Source: an uncultured Spirochaetota bacterium | Lineage (GTDB): Bacteria > Spirochaetota > Spirochaetia > SZUA-6 > Fen-1364 | NCBI GenBank assembly: GCA_963734545.1 | Contig: CAVTHO010000003.1 | Location: 64,001 to 128,000, forward strand | Length of the DNA: 64,000 nt | Direction: 5' to 3' | Part shown: positions 28,801-41,015 of the stretch, piece by piece | Layout of the letters: every line of letters begins with the position of its first letter | Position numbering within the stretch: position 1 is the stretch's first letter | Made by a program: the position numbers and the translations under genes | The notes under the pieces: model-generated | Told to the model about the DNA's origin: nothing | The model's input: only the letters and a program-made list of their open reading frames with translations | Databases searched by the model: none

Positions 28801-29396
28801 AGCGGTTTCTGATACGTCTTTCTCTGCTGCTCTTCGTGGGCAGTTTCCCTGCCCTGGCGCATCCGCATGTCTTCATCAATAACAAGATGACCGTGCTCTT
28901 CGAAGCCGGCATGCTCCAGGGAATATCCTTTCAGTGGACCTTCGACGACATGTTCTCCAACATGATCCTGTCTGATTACGATCCGATGCACACAGGCCAG
29001 TTCGATGCGCCGCGTGTCAAGGCAGTGAAACAGGGAGCATTCGATAACCTGGAGAACTACCACTATTTTGTCGCGATGACCATCGGAGCCAGGCCGGTGT
29101 CGCACTTCACGATAGAAAGATTCATGCCGAGCGTCACTGAAACGAAAAAGCTCGTGTACAGCTTCTTCATTCCATTGAAGATCGCGGTACAGGCGAAAGA
29201 GCAGTCGGTACGGCTGACCGTGTACGATGACACGTACTTCGTCGCCTTCGATCTGCTTCACCTCGAGGATGTCACAGTCACGGCGGGCCCGGACATCGCA
29301 TGTGACCTTGCAATAGAAAAGACGAAAGTGAAACCTCAGTGGCCGGGCCAATACATGCCCGATCAGCTTGTCATCAGATTCAAGGGGAGCTCATGA
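28797..29396 (+). CDS. DUF1007 periplasmic protein
   Basis: AHPHVFI, WTFDDMFS, YDDTYFV. Confidence 0.85.
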   Translation: MKRFLIRLSLLLFVGSFPALAHPHVFINNKMTVLFEAGMLQGISFQWTFDDMFSNMILSDYDPMHTGQFDAPRVKAVKQGAFDNLENYHYFVAMTIGARPVSHFTIERFMPSVTETKKLVYSFFIPLKIAVQAKEQSVRLTVYDDTYFVAFDLLHLEDVTVTAGPDIACDLAIEKTKVKPQWPGQYMPDQLVIRFKGSS

Positions 29397-30295
29397 AGCG
29401 TCTTGTTTTCGTTCTCTGTTTGATCATGGTTGCGGCGGCCAGCTTCTGCCAGGTGGGATCCAATCCCTTCACCGCGAAAGACTCGGCGCCCCGGACGGGA
29501 TATCCCGGATTCGCGTCCGGAATATCGGCATTCTTCTTCAACGCGATGGCTCCGGTCCAGAAAACCCTCAATGAGAGCCTCGCCGCAATCACCCGGTCTC
29601 TCCAGGGATCGCGATCGCTGGGAGGCCTCCTTTTTGTGGTCCTTATTTCGCTCGCCTATGGCATGTTCCACGCGGCAGGCCCCGGCCACGGGAAGACGAT
29701 CGTGTCATCCTACTTCCTGGCGAACGAGGCAAAGCTGAGGCACAGCTTCATGATCGGATACCTTATCGCCGGCGTGCACGCTCTCGCGGCACTTGCCGTC
29801 GTCCTCATTCTCTACTACGCAATCCGGGGGCTGTTCTCAACAGGGATCGAGCAGGCAAACCACTATATCCAGCTCGCCACGTTCGCGGTCATCGCCGTGC
29901 TGGGCGCAGTCATGCTCATCGGGAGGATTAAAGGAACCAGCCATCATCACGTCCACGCGCAGGACAGGAGGAGCGGAATCACCTTTCGGAGCCTGTTCAG
30001 CATCGCGGTCCCCGCAGGTGTCATACCGTGCCCCGGCGCCGTGGCTGTCATACTTTTCGCCCTCTCGCTGCACATGCTCGGAGTCAGCGTGCTGTCTGTT
30101 GTCTCGATCTCACTGGGAATGGGCATCACGATCAGCGTGACGGGCGCGCTCGTCATCCTGGCAAAGCGCGGCGCCGTCAGGGTGCTGGCAGGAGGTGACA
30201 CGCACCGAGACTCGGTTGTCCGCAGAATCATTGAGATAGGCGGTGCCGCTATCCTGTTCCTGTTCGGTCTGGCGCTCTTTCTCGCGCAGGTGTGA
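29393..30295 (+). CDS. Ni/Co transporter (RcnA/NicO family)
   Basis: YGMFHAAGPGHGKTI, His patch, IPCPGA. Confidence 0.87.
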   Translation: MKRLVFVLCLIMVAAASFCQVGSNPFTAKDSAPRTGYPGFASGISAFFFNAMAPVQKTLNESLAAITRSLQGSRSLGGLLFVVLISLAYGMFHAAGPGHGKTIVSSYFLANEAKLRHSFMIGYLIAGVHALAALAVVLILYYAIRGLFSTGIEQANHYIQLATFAVIAVLGAVMLIGRIKGTSHHHVHAQDRRSGITFRSLFSIAVPAGVIPCPGAVAVILFALSLHMLGVSVLSVVSISLGMGITISVTGALVILAKRGAVRVLAGGDTHRDSVVRRIIEIGGAAILFLFGLALFLAQV

Positions 30296-30349
30296 GCGGG
30301 AACCGGGGGAGCTGCGCCGGACTCTCTCGCAGGAGCCGCACCGGGTGCG

Positions 30350-31180
30350 TCAGTTCTGTGCGAGGCGTCTCGCTTGCAGGGCAGCCCGGTTTTCGTGAAG
30401 AAACTGGAGAAGGTACTGCTGCACGTCGTCGAAGAACTCCCTCTGCATGAGGGTGCCGGCCCGGGTGATGTAGCGATAGTGCCAGCTTTCGTAGCGGTAG
30501 CCGGTGAGGTCTTCATAGCCGGGCGGGTAGGACAGGGAAAAGCCGTATTCCCCGGCGTGCGCGGCCAGCCATTTGCCGGCGCGCGTGTCCGCGAATTCAT
30601 CTGTAATCGAGCCAAAGTCCACGGCCGTGCCGAGCTGATGCTGCGACATTCCCGCCTGCGCTGACTCCCGATCAGCCGTCGCCTTGCCGTACAGCTTGAC
30701 TTCACGCTCGTAAACGGTGATCTGGTACTCGTACGAGCGATACCCCGAGGAAAAGACCAGCGTCAGCCCGTCCCCGCGCGCCGCCCGCGCCATTGCAAGC
30801 ACAGCCGGCATGATCGCCTTTCGGACGGACACGTCCGCCAGGGAAACGTCGAGATTGTAGTCCTTGTGAAGCCGGACAGGGTCCGGGGGTGCGTAGTCAG
30901 CCGGAAGCGGGTGCTTCTTGTCCACGAGGAGAAAGAAGTCCGCCGGTTCGTCCAGGACCTTTGCCGCGAGCTGGAGAAAGTCCTTCGGCCGCGCAAGGAT
31001 CCTGTCCTGGATCTGCCGGGGGAGGGACGACGTCATCCCCTGGAGATCCTCCCGCGAGAGAGAGAACTGCGCGGAGACACGCGCGCCCGCGGCGCGGCCG
31101 GGCTCAGGGAACAGCAGGCCCATCCCTGCCGCGAGGATCATGAGAAGGGGCAGGGCCTTCGACTGGTACGGTTTCCTCAT
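30350..31180 (-). CDS. D-alanyl-D-alanine carboxypeptidase (M15B, VanY-like)
   Basis: SGYRSY, SQHQLGTAVD, ESWHYRY. Confidence 0.9.
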   Translation of the reverse strand: MRKPYQSKALPLLMILAAGMGLLFPEPGRAAGARVSAQFSLSREDLQGMTSSLPRQIQDRILARPKDFLQLAAKVLDEPADFFLLVDKKHPLPADYAPPDPVRLHKDYNLDVSLADVSVRKAIMPAVLAMARAARGDGLTLVFSSGYRSYEYQITVYEREVKLYGKATADRESAQAGMSQHQLGTAVDFGSITDEFADTRAGKWLAAHAGEYGFSLSYPPGYEDLTGYRYESWHYRYITRAGTLMQREFFDDVQQYLLQFLHENRAALQARRLAQN

Positions 31181-31677
31181 GCCGAGCAATCCTTGCAGAG
31201 GCCGAACAAAGTGATGGCGTGGTCCCTGATCGAAAAGCTTTCACGTTTTGCGATGGCGGCTATCTGGTCGTCCTGCAGGCAGAAGTCGAGGTCCACCACG
31301 CGATGGCACTTCGTGCAGGCCAGGTGATGATGATGGCTTTGGCTCCCGCACAGTCGATAGCAGTGGGTCCCGTCCGCGAAATCGATGCGGTCCAGGACCT
31401 TCATGCGCACGAGCTTTTCGATGGATCGGTACACGGTGGCCCGGCCGATGCGGGGATTGGCCCTGCGCAGCCTCTTCAACAGCTCCTCCGCGGAGAACGC
31501 TGCTCCGCTGCGCCCCATGCGGATCAGGCTCTCCGCAATAGCCTGGCGCGGATGAGTGCTTCGTTCGCTGAACTGATCGAATGCCGCGGTGATCCTGTCC
31601 TCGATGTCCATACGGGCGCTTCCGCGCAGCGCAGATGATAGCGGATATCGCGGATCGTGCATATCCGGGTGTTTCAT
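31177..31677 (-). CDS. Fur family regulator (likely Zur)
   Basis: IGRATVYR, HHHHLACTKC, GLCKDC; start may be 31611. Confidence 0.88.
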   Translation of the reverse strand: MKHPDMHDPRYPLSSALRGSARMDIEDRITAAFDQFSERSTHPRQAIAESLIRMGRSGAAFSAEELLKRLRRANPRIGRATVYRSIEKLVRMKVLDRIDFADGTHCYRLCGSQSHHHHLACTKCHRVVDLDFCLQDDQIAAIAKRESFSIRDHAITLFGLCKDCSA

Positions 31678-32558
31678 GGGCTTCTCCCGTTTCCGCGCAC
31701 CTCCCTGTCCAAGTCGCGGATCTCCCGTACACGGCGCAAGCGCCCCCGGCGTCCCATAAGGACCGCGGCCAGGTACACCAGGGCGGACAAAGTGGAAATC
31801 GAGAACCCGACCGGAGGGTGGCGCCACGTACCCACGAATGAAACCAGGAGTCCTCCCCAGGTCACCCCCAGCGCGAGCGCGACCGAGAGAAGAATGGATC
31901 GGACGGGCCGACGGGTCACCTGTATCGCCGCCGCCGCAGGGGCGATCAGGAGCGAAACCGAAAGAAGAACTCCGACCACGAGCGTGCTCGCGGATGCGGC
32001 CACCGCAACGACGAGGAGGAAGACGATGGACAACATTCGCACGGGCAGCCCGCGCGCCTTCGCGGCAGTCGGGTCGATCGAGGCGAAGAGAAGCGGCCGG
32101 TACACGATGGCCAGGGTCACCAGGGCAATGGCTCCGCTCACGAGCATGCGCAGAATGTCCTTCCATTGGATGCTGAGCATGGACCCGAAAAGTACGGCAA
32201 CGGCCGTGTTGGCGTGTGAGCCGCTGGTGCGGGCGGAAATGCCGAGGAAGAGGACGCCGAGCCCCAGCGCAAAGGAGAGAACCATTCCGATCTCCACGCT
32301 GCGGCCCCGGGCGCGCTCCCCGAGCGCTCCGAGGCTCAGGGCGGAGAAGACGGAGAAGAGAATCATGCCGAGCAGAGGCGCCTGGCCGAGGAGACCGGCG
32401 CCCGTGGCTCCCGCAAAGCAGATGTCGAGGAATGCCTCGGCGGCGAATGCCTGCGCCCGCAGGACCAGGAAATACCCCACCAGTGCGGCCATGATCGCCG
32501 CGGCGGTGCCTCCGAGGAATGCCCTCTGGAAGACGTCGGATGACAACAGATCGAACAT
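31674..32558 (-). CDS. metal ABC transporter permease
   Basis: GYFLVLRAQAF, LFGSML, DPTAAKARG. Confidence 0.9.
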   Translation of the reverse strand: MFDLLSSDVFQRAFLGGTAAAIMAALVGYFLVLRAQAFAAEAFLDICFAGATGAGLLGQAPLLGMILFSVFSALSLGALGERARGRSVEIGMVLSFALGLGVLFLGISARTSGSHANTAVAVLFGSMLSIQWKDILRMLVSGAIALVTLAIVYRPLLFASIDPTAAKARGLPVRMLSIVFLLVVAVAASASTLVVGVLLSVSLLIAPAAAAIQVTRRPVRSILLSVALALGVTWGGLLVSFVGTWRHPPVGFSISTLSALVYLAAVLMGRRGRLRRVREIRDLDREVRGNGRSP

Positions 32559-33370
32559 CAATGGGCCTCCCGAAGCACGGGAGAGAGGAGGCGTACCGGG
32601 AGATACACGAGGAAGGAGAGAGTGGCAATGAAGAAGCTGACCGGAATCGTGCCGCTCACGGCCGCGAAAAGCACGCCGAGCCACACGTATGCCAGGCCGA
32701 GCCCGGCGGAGAGAAGGATTGCCACGAACGGGCGCTTGACGAGCCGGGTCGCCGTGGCGGCCGGGCCAACGAGGAGAGTGAAGACGAGGAGGGCGCCCAT
32801 CATCTGTATCGACAAGGACACGGTGACCGCAACGATCACCATGAGCGCAACGGAGAGCAGCTTCAACGGCACGCCGCGCGCCTCCGCGGCAAGGGGGTCG
32901 AAGGTGCTGAAAAGCAGGGGCCGGTAGAGGAAGACGATCGCGGCGAGGATGATGAGCCCGCTGAGAGAGGTCACCACGACGTCGTGCGCGCTGATGCCCA
33001 GGATGCTGCCGAAGAGGATGGCGTACACGCGCTGCGCGTAGCCCGCGTAAAGGGCGAGGAAGAGAAGCCCGATCCCGAGTGCAAGCGTCATGAGAACACC
33101 GATCGCGACGTCGCGCTCGCGCACGTCGGTTCCGATCATGCCCATGGCAACCGCGGCAGCCGTGGAGAACGCGAATAACCCGTATACCGGGTCGACACCC
33201 AGAAGAACCGCCCCTGCCGCGCCCGCGAATCCGATGTTCGGCAGGGCATGCCCCGCGAATGTCAGACCCCGGGATACCAGAAAATAGCCGCTCGCGGCGG
33301 CGAGCACCGCGACGATCGACCCGGTGAGAAGCGCGTGCACGATGAACGGGTAGCCGAGGAGCTCGCGCAT
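32558..33370 (-). CDS. metal ABC transporter permease
   Basis: [21 protein letters not shown]. Confidence 0.9.
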   Translation of the reverse strand: MRELLGYPFIVHALLTGSIVAVLAAASGYFLVSRGLTFAGHALPNIGFAGAAGAVLLGVDPVYGLFAFSTAAAVAMGMIGTDVRERDVAIGVLMTLALGIGLLFLALYAGYAQRVYAILFGSILGISAHDVVVTSLSGLIILAAIVFLYRPLLFSTFDPLAAEARGVPLKLLSVALMVIVAVTVSLSIQMMGALLVFTLLVGPAATATRLVKRPFVAILLSAGLGLAYVWLGVLFAAVSGTIPVSFFIATLSFLVYLPVRLLSPVLREAH

Positions 33371-33371
33371 C

Positions 33372-34162
33372 TCAGATCTGCGCCCCCACCACGAATACCC
33401 TCCCCAGCGCCTGCACGACCTCGACCGGCGCTCCGTACAGGGCGGTCAACGTCCGGCTCGTGATGACTTCCGCTGTCGTGCCGATTGCGCTGTGACCGTT
33501 GGCAAGGTACAGGACGCGGTCCACGTGGGAGAGGAGGGGGTTGATGTCGTGGGTCACGAACAGCACGGCGGCCTTGTCGAGACCGGCAGATGCGGCGGAC
33601 CAGCGCGATTATCTCCTGCTCGCGGGAGATGTCCAGATTGGCGAGCGGCTCGTCCAGGAGGAGGAGCCGGGGATCCGTCAGCAGCGCCTGCGCAATGAGA
33701 AGGCGCTGCCGCTCTCCGCCGGAGAGCCGTCCCATCGGCTCGTCGGCAAGGTCCTCCGCATCCACTTCCCGAAGGACCTTGTCAATGGCGGCCCTCGCGC
33801 GCCTTGCTCGGCCATCCGGGTCCCCAGCGGTTCCCGTCCAGCCCGAATCGGACCACTTCCCTGGCCCGGAGAGACATTTCCGCCTCTATCACGCGAAACT
33901 GCGGCACGTAGCCGATTCTCGCGTTCCCTTTCCCGGGTGCCCCGCCGAACACCTCGACCCGTCCGGCATCGGGCTTCAGGAGCCCGAGCAGGACCTTCAG
34001 CAGGGTGCTCTTGCCGGCACCGTTGGGGCCGAGGACGGCAATGAATTCGCCGTCCTCGATCGTGAAGGTCATGTTCTCCTGGATCGTGCGGCCTCCCAGA
34101 CTCACCTTGACGCCTTCCAGCGAGGCAACGTGGGACGCGCGCGGCTGGGCTTCGGCTCCCAT
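33372..34162 (-). CDS. metal ABC transporter ATPase (frameshifted)
   Basis: [27 protein letters not shown] across three frames. Confidence 0.88.
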
Positions 34163-34168
34163 CGCGCC

Positions 34169-35067
34169 CTACTTTCCCAGGGCCTGCGCGAGGGCCGTGA
34201 GCTGGCTCAGCATCCAATCCTGGTAGTTCATGGCCGAGGGCATGGTCTCCGTCACGGGCTACGATCGGTATGCCCGCAGACTGCGCCTCTTCCTGGAGTT
34301 TCGTGGTTATGGGCGAAATGGTCTGCTCATTGTAGACCAGTACCTTGATCTTTTTCCCCTTCACCTGATTTTCCGCAGCAACGACCGTGTCGGCGGGCGG
34401 ATCATTCCCCTCGGCAATCGCCTTCTGGAACTCGAGCGGCGTCAGGACGACCAGCCCGAGAGGCTTTGTCTGATAGAGGAATATTGTTTCGGTCAATCCG
34501 ATGGGGGTTCCGCTCCACCTGGCCCTGATGTCCGCCATCTTCTGGCGCACCTTCATCAGAGACTTCTGAAAGTCCTGGAGGTTCCGCGCAAAGAGAGCCG
34601 CGTCCGCCGGGGCGAGCTTCTGGAGGGCACCGGCAACCGACTGCGCGATCCCCTGCACGTTGTCGAGGTCGTACCACACATGCTCATTGTCGGGAAGCTT
34701 GTTGCCGGCAATATCGTATGCCTTCAGCAGGATACGCTTGCCGCTGCGGCGACCCTGAGAGCAGCTTGTCCATCCAGTCGTCGTAGCCGCCGCCGTTCTC
34801 GATGACGAGGTCTGCCACGGCAACGGCCTTCGCGTCGTTGACGCTGGACTCGTACTCGTGCGGATCCAGGTTCGGGTCGGAGAGGATGCTGGTGACGTGG
34901 ACGCGCTCACCGCCCAGCTGCTCCGCGATGTTGCCGTAGAAGTTCTCGGCGGCTACGACGTTGATCAGCTTCGCGCTGCCTGCAGCCCCAAAGGCCGCGC
35001 CGCCCGCGATGAGAAATATGAGCGCGGCAAGCCCGCGCCAAACACGAACTGAAGTCGTTGACGTCAT
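34169..35067 (-). CDS. Zn/Mn ABC substrate-binding protein (frameshifted)
   Basis: AENFYG, DPHEYE, NGGGYDDW, NEHVWY, YNEQT. Confidence 0.88.
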
Positions 35068-35112
35068 GCGTCACCTCCTTGAAATATATGGAAAATCCCA
35101 TTTGCGTGCAAA

Positions 35113-35179
35113 TGAGACAGAGTATCCATAAGCCAAAGGTAACCAATCAGCCGCTTATCGTCAATGAGACTCTGTATCA
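35113..35179. promoter_or_regulatory. two Fur/Zur-type 7-1-7 boxes
   Basis: TGAGACA-G-AGTATCC (35113) and TGAGACT-C-TGTATCA (35165) upstream of the metal ABC operon. Confidence 0.55.
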
Positions 35180-35261
35180 ATAGGCGGGTTCGCCGCGCAC
35201 CCGGCCCATGGCGGCTGCAGACCTTGCACTCCCTTCGCCGGCTGATATACTTGGGGATACG

Positions 35262-35735
35262 ATGAAACGGATCATCATGCTCGGCGCCTGCATCGCCGTC
35301 GCGATGTGTGTGACGGGCTGTGACGCGATGAACTACCTCTGGCAGAGAATCATGGGACGCGGCTATTCGCAGATCGACATGACATCACTTGAGAACGCGC
35401 AGGACCGCGCGTCCGCCATGACGCTTTCCGGAAGCTCCCTCGCGGCGAATACCGTGCTCGGATACAAGACGCGCCATGGGAACCTCGGGAAGCTCGTGAT
35501 TCTGGCTTCCCCGACCGGTTCCAGCATGACTTTCCAGTTCACGACCTACAGCATTCTGGACGGGAGCATACTGAAGAGCTCCCGCGCGGTGACCCTCACC
35601 GGCAACACCCGCTATGATCTGGAGGAGGGGATTCCGGCGGACAGCTTCAGCGCGAGCGATTTCCTGTGGCAGTCCGACGCCGCGCTGGTCCCCCAGGGTG
35701 CGCCGATCAGGGCCGAGTTCTTTACCTTGCCGTGA
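35262..35735 (+). CDS. hypothetical lipoprotein
   Basis: MKRIIMLGACIAVAMCVTGC lipobox. Confidence 0.7.
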   Translation: MKRIIMLGACIAVAMCVTGCDAMNYLWQRIMGRGYSQIDMTSLENAQDRASAMTLSGSSLAANTVLGYKTRHGNLGKLVILASPTGSSMTFQFTTYSILDGSILKSSRAVTLTGNTRYDLEEGIPADSFSASDFLWQSDAALVPQGAPIRAEFFTLP

Positions 35736-35740
35736 GAGAT

Positions 35741-35768
35741 GCGGCCCCCGCCGCAAGGCGGAGGCCGC
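35741..35768. terminator. hairpin between convergent genes
   Basis: GCGGCCCCCGCC-GCAA-GGCGGAGGCCGC. Confidence 0.6.
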
Positions 35769-35786
35769 GTGAGGATCCGTTCTGCT

Positions 35787-37312
<1,526 letters not shown>

Positions 37313-37407
37313 TATTGAATCCTCCTGTCCCTCAAGATACCTACAATAGATTATGAAATGGTTGGACGATTGTTAATTTTCCTTAATCTGGTATCATACC
37401 GCCGCGC

Positions 37408-38203
37408 ATGAACAACGACCAGATCAAAAGGATTCTCCTGTCCCTGCGGAAGACCGGGCACGACTTCACCGTCATCCTCTCCGGAAAGAAGAGCAGGAAG
37501 GTCCACGGCCTGTACAAGCCGGACAGCCGCGAGATCATCATCCACAACAGGAACTTCAAGAACGACAACGAGCTGATGTACACCGCCATCCACGAGTACG
37601 CGCATCACATCCAGTTCACCACCGTCCGCCACGCCCGTGTCCGCGCGCACGCATACCACGGCGTTCTGGAACCTTCTCCATACCCTGCTCTTCGAGGCGG
37701 AAGCAAAGGGAATCTACACGAACCCCTTCGAGTCCATCGAGGAGTTCCGGGCGCTGACCCGGCGGATCCGGGAGAAGTTCCTGTCGGAGAGCGGCGCCCT
37801 GATGAAGGAGCTGGGGAGGCTCCTCGTGGAGGCGCACGAGCTGTGCGAGAAGCACGGAACGAGCTTCTCCGGACTACCTGGACCGGGTGCTCGCGCTGCC
37901 GCGCACGAGCGCCCAGGTCATCATGAAGGCGCACACCCTCGACCTGGATCCCGCGGTCGGCTTCGAGAACATGCGCTCGCTCGTCTCCATCCGGGACGAA
38001 CGCTCGCGGGCAGGGCGCAGGAGGAGCTCCGGGACGGGCACAGCCCCGACATGGTGAAGGCCGCGTACATCAGCCCGAAACCTCCCCGCAGCCGCCGCGA
38101 GGCGCTGCAGGAGGAGCGCGAGCGGATCGAGAAGAGCATCGAGCGCCTGAAAAAACGGCTGAAGGAGATCGAGAAGCGGATCGCGGAAACAGGGGAGGAG
38201 TAG
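37408..38203 (+). CDS. hypothetical protein with HExxH motif and C-terminal coiled coil (frameshifted)
   Basis: HGLYKP...IHNRNF...TAIHEYAHH; continues in other frames. Confidence 0.7.
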
Positions 38204-38209
38204 GGCAAG

Positions 38210-38723
38210 ATGGAAGTCTATGACGCAATGCGCACGCGCAAGAGCGTGCGGGCATTTCTCCCCCGCCCGGTGCCGGATGACCTCCTGCGCCGTGTCCTCG
38301 AAGCCGCGCGCGGCGCGCCGTCGGCGCGCAATGCGCAGGAGTGGCGCTTTGTGGCCGTGCGCGAGAGCGGGACACGGGAAAGGCTGGCGCTGGAGGCGGC
38401 GCGGCAGCCTTTCATCGGCACCGCCCCCGTGCTCCTTGCCTGCTGCGCGGAGACGGACGGCAGGATCATGCGCTGCGGCCAGCCCGCATACCCGATCGAC
38501 GTGGCCATCGCCATGGATCATCTCACGCTGGCCGCCACCGCGGAGGGTCTCGGCACCTGCTGGATCGGGTCATTCGACGAGACCCTGGTGAAGGAGATTC
38601 TGGGTATTCCCGCCGGCGGTCAGGGTGGTCCAGCTCATGCCGCTGGGATACCCCGCGGACCCGTCAGCGGTGGGCAAGAGCCGGCTGGGCCTGGATACGC
38701 TCCTGCACTACGAAAGGTGGTAA
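38210..38723 (+). CDS. nitroreductase family protein (3' frameshift)
   Basis: RKSVRAF, APSARNAQEW, GLGTCWIG. Confidence 0.88.
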
Positions 38724-38751
38724 GGGGCGCTCCGGGGAGACACCATCGGCT

Positions 38752-39237
38752 TCAATGACTGTGCGCGGACGGGCCTTCATGCGGGTGCCCGTGCTCGATT
38801 TCATCCGGGGTAGCCTCCCGCACCTCCACGATGTCCACGTCGAAGTGAAGCGTGAGCCCTGCCAGGGGATGGTTCCCGTCCACCGTGACCTCATCTGCGT
38901 CCATGCCGATCAGCGTGACCATGTGTCCCTCCCCATCGCCCTGTACCTGGAACTGCATGCCGACCTCGAGGTTGTCCACTCCCCGGAACTGGGCGCGCGG
39001 GACGCTGAAGACGATCGAGTCGTCGCGCGCCCCGTAGGCCTGATCGGGCGCGACGGTGACGGAGACATGGTCGGCAGGCGCTTTCCCTTCCAGGGCCGTC
39101 TCCAGCCCCTCGATCATGCTGCCCGTGCCGTGGAGGTATGTCAGCGGCTCTTCGCCTTTCGAGCTGTCGAGGATCGTCCCGTCCTCTCCTGTAAGCGTGT
39201 AGGCGATCGAGACCACCCTGTTCTTGGAAACGATCAT
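38752..39237 (-). CDS. slyD: FKBP-type peptidyl-prolyl isomerase SlyD
   Basis: YLHG..MIEGLE, AYG, VDGNHPLAG, His-rich tail. Confidence 0.92.
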   Translation of the reverse strand: MIVSKNRVVSIAYTLTGEDGTILDSSKGEEPLTYLHGTGSMIEGLETALEGKAPADHVSVTVAPDQAYGARDDSIVFSVPRAQFRGVDNLEVGMQFQVQGDGEGHMVTLIGMDADEVTVDGNHPLAGLTLHFDVDIVEVREATPDEIEHGHPHEGPSAHSH

Positions 39238-39332
39238 GCGCCACACTTGCCGAACTGCGGGAGGGTGTCAAGGAGGGGCGCCTGCACTCGCTCGAGGTTG
39301 ACGCCGCTGCCGCGTTGCGTCAATCATGACGG

Positions 39333-40043
39333 ATGCCGAAGCTCGAGATCAGCAAGGTCCACGATGCATACGCCGGCGGCGGGGAATGCCCTCTCTGCAC
39401 CCTGATGGAAGGAGCGGAGGAGACATACCTGCGTTCCTTCCAGCATTCCCGCGTCATGGAGCCCCGGGTCCGGGTCAAGACCAATGAGACGGGCTTCTGC
39501 CCCGATCACTATCGCAAGCTGTACGCGCGGGAGAACAAGCTCGGTCTCGGCCTCGTCGTGCACACGCATCTTCGGGAGAAGCTGCCCGAGCTGCGCGCGG
39601 CGTTCGATACGCTGCGGGCGGCCGGCCGCAAGGGAAAAAAGATGGACGAGGCCGCAGCCTCCCTCGCGCGCCTCCATGACCGCTGCTTCATCTGCGAGCT
39701 GCTGCAGGGAGATCTGGACCGCTACGCCTTCACGATCCTGTTCCTGTGGAGCAAGGACGCGGAGTTCCTGCCGAGGTTCCGTTCTTCACGCGGCTTCTGC
39801 CTGGACCATTTTCTTTCGATCCTTGCCAGGGGCCGCGTGATGCTGAGGCCGGACAGGCTGGAGCGCTGGCTCGGTGACGCTGCCGCCCTCATGACGGACA
39901 GCCTGGAGCGCCTGGAGCGGGAGCTCGAAGCGTTTACCCAGCTTCATCACGACGCAAACAGGAGCCTGGGCACCGACGAGGAGCGCACGGCGCTCGCCCG
40001 TACCATGCAGAAGCTCGCCGGGGGCCGGTTCCGGCTGGAATGA
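39333..40043 (+). CDS. DUF6062-like zinc-binding protein
   Basis: ECPLC, GFCPDH, CFIC, GFCLDH. Confidence 0.75.
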   Translation: MPKLEISKVHDAYAGGGECPLCTLMEGAEETYLRSFQHSRVMEPRVRVKTNETGFCPDHYRKLYARENKLGLGLVVHTHLREKLPELRAAFDTLRAAGRKGKKMDEAAASLARLHDRCFICELLQGDLDRYAFTILFLWSKDAEFLPRFRSSRGFCLDHFLSILARGRVMLRPDRLERWLGDAAALMTDSLERLERELEAFTQLHHDANRSLGTDEERTALARTMQKLAGGRFRLE

Positions 40044-40052
40044 GCGGGCCCC

Positions 40053-41015
40053 TCATTCCAGCCGGGAGAGGATTTCCAGAAAATCGCGGGGGATCGGTGC
40101 GGTGATCGTAACGGCCGCGCGCGTCATGGGGTGGATGAACGTGACGCGTTCCGCGTGCAGGCACTGCCGGGAGGGGAGGGAGTCGTCGAGGACGCCGGCG
40201 TTCCTCTGGTAGCGGAGGAAGAGCTCCTCGTCCTTGTACAGCAGGTCTCCCCAGACCGGGTGGCCGAGGGCGGCCAGGTGCACCCGTATCTGGTGCTGCC
40301 GGCCGGTGAGGGGGAACGCGGAAAGCAGCGTGTGCGCGGGCAGCCTGCGCCGCACGCGGTATTCGGTGACCGAAGGCAGGCCGTCCGGGCGCGCAGCCAT
40401 CTTGACGCGCACGGTGCTGGCCGCATCCCTTCCGATGGGAAGCGTGATCCTGCCCCCGTCCTCGGCGACTCTCCCCTCGACGCACGCCGCGTACTCCTTC
40501 GATAGGAGCGCGCGCGCGGTGAGGTCCTGCAGGGCCAGCAGGGCGTCCCGGACCTTCGCGATCAGCACGATGCCGCTCGTGAAGGTGTCCAGCCGGTTGA
40601 CCAGGCTCGGATAGAAGCCGCCATCTCCGTGATTCAGGCTGTCGCGGATGCTCCCCGCGTAAAGCTGGCGCGCGGACTGGATGACGGTGCCTGATTGCGT
40701 CCTGCCCATGGGGTGGGACGCGATGCCCGCCGGTTTGTTCACGGCCAGGAGATACTCGTCCTCGTACAGTATCTCGAGCTCCGGCTGAGGGCCTCTGTCG
40801 GGAACGCCTCGCCACTCGAGGGTGATCTCGTCCCCTTCCTTCAGCCGCGTGGAGGAGGCGTAGCGCCTTCCATTGAGAAGGGATTCTCCCATCTGGATTT
40901 TCTGCCTGATGCGCGTGCGGGAAAGGAAGGGAAGCTCCCGGCACAGGAATGCCACCGCGCGCATCCCGGCGCCGGCACCGTCAACGCGCAGCCGGGCGGG
41001 GGGTAGATCAGGCAT
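40053..41015 (-). CDS. RluA family pseudouridine synthase
   Basis: NKPAG, NRLDTFTSG, TGRQHQIRVH, LHA. Confidence 0.92.
   Translation of the reverse strand: MPDLPPARLRVDGAGAGMRAVAFLCRELPFLSRTRIRQKIQMGESLLNGRRYASSTRLKEGDEITLEWRGVPDRGPQPELEILYEDEYLLAVNKPAGIASHPMGRTQSGTVIQSARQLYAGSIRDSLNHGDGGFYPSLVNRLDTFTSGIVLIAKVRDALLALQDLTARALLSKEYAACVEGRVAEDGGRITLPIGRDAASTVRVKMAARPDGLPSVTEYRVRRRLPAHTLLSAFPLTGRQHQIRVHLAALGHPVWGDLLYKDEELFLRYQRNAGVLDDSLPSRQCLHAERVTFIHPMTRAAVTITAPIPRDFLEILSRLE

Noticed and set aside
24918-30295. Third island integrated at tRNA-Arg
   Set aside because: Genes look accessory, but I found no duplicated tRNA-Arg 3' end and no integrase.
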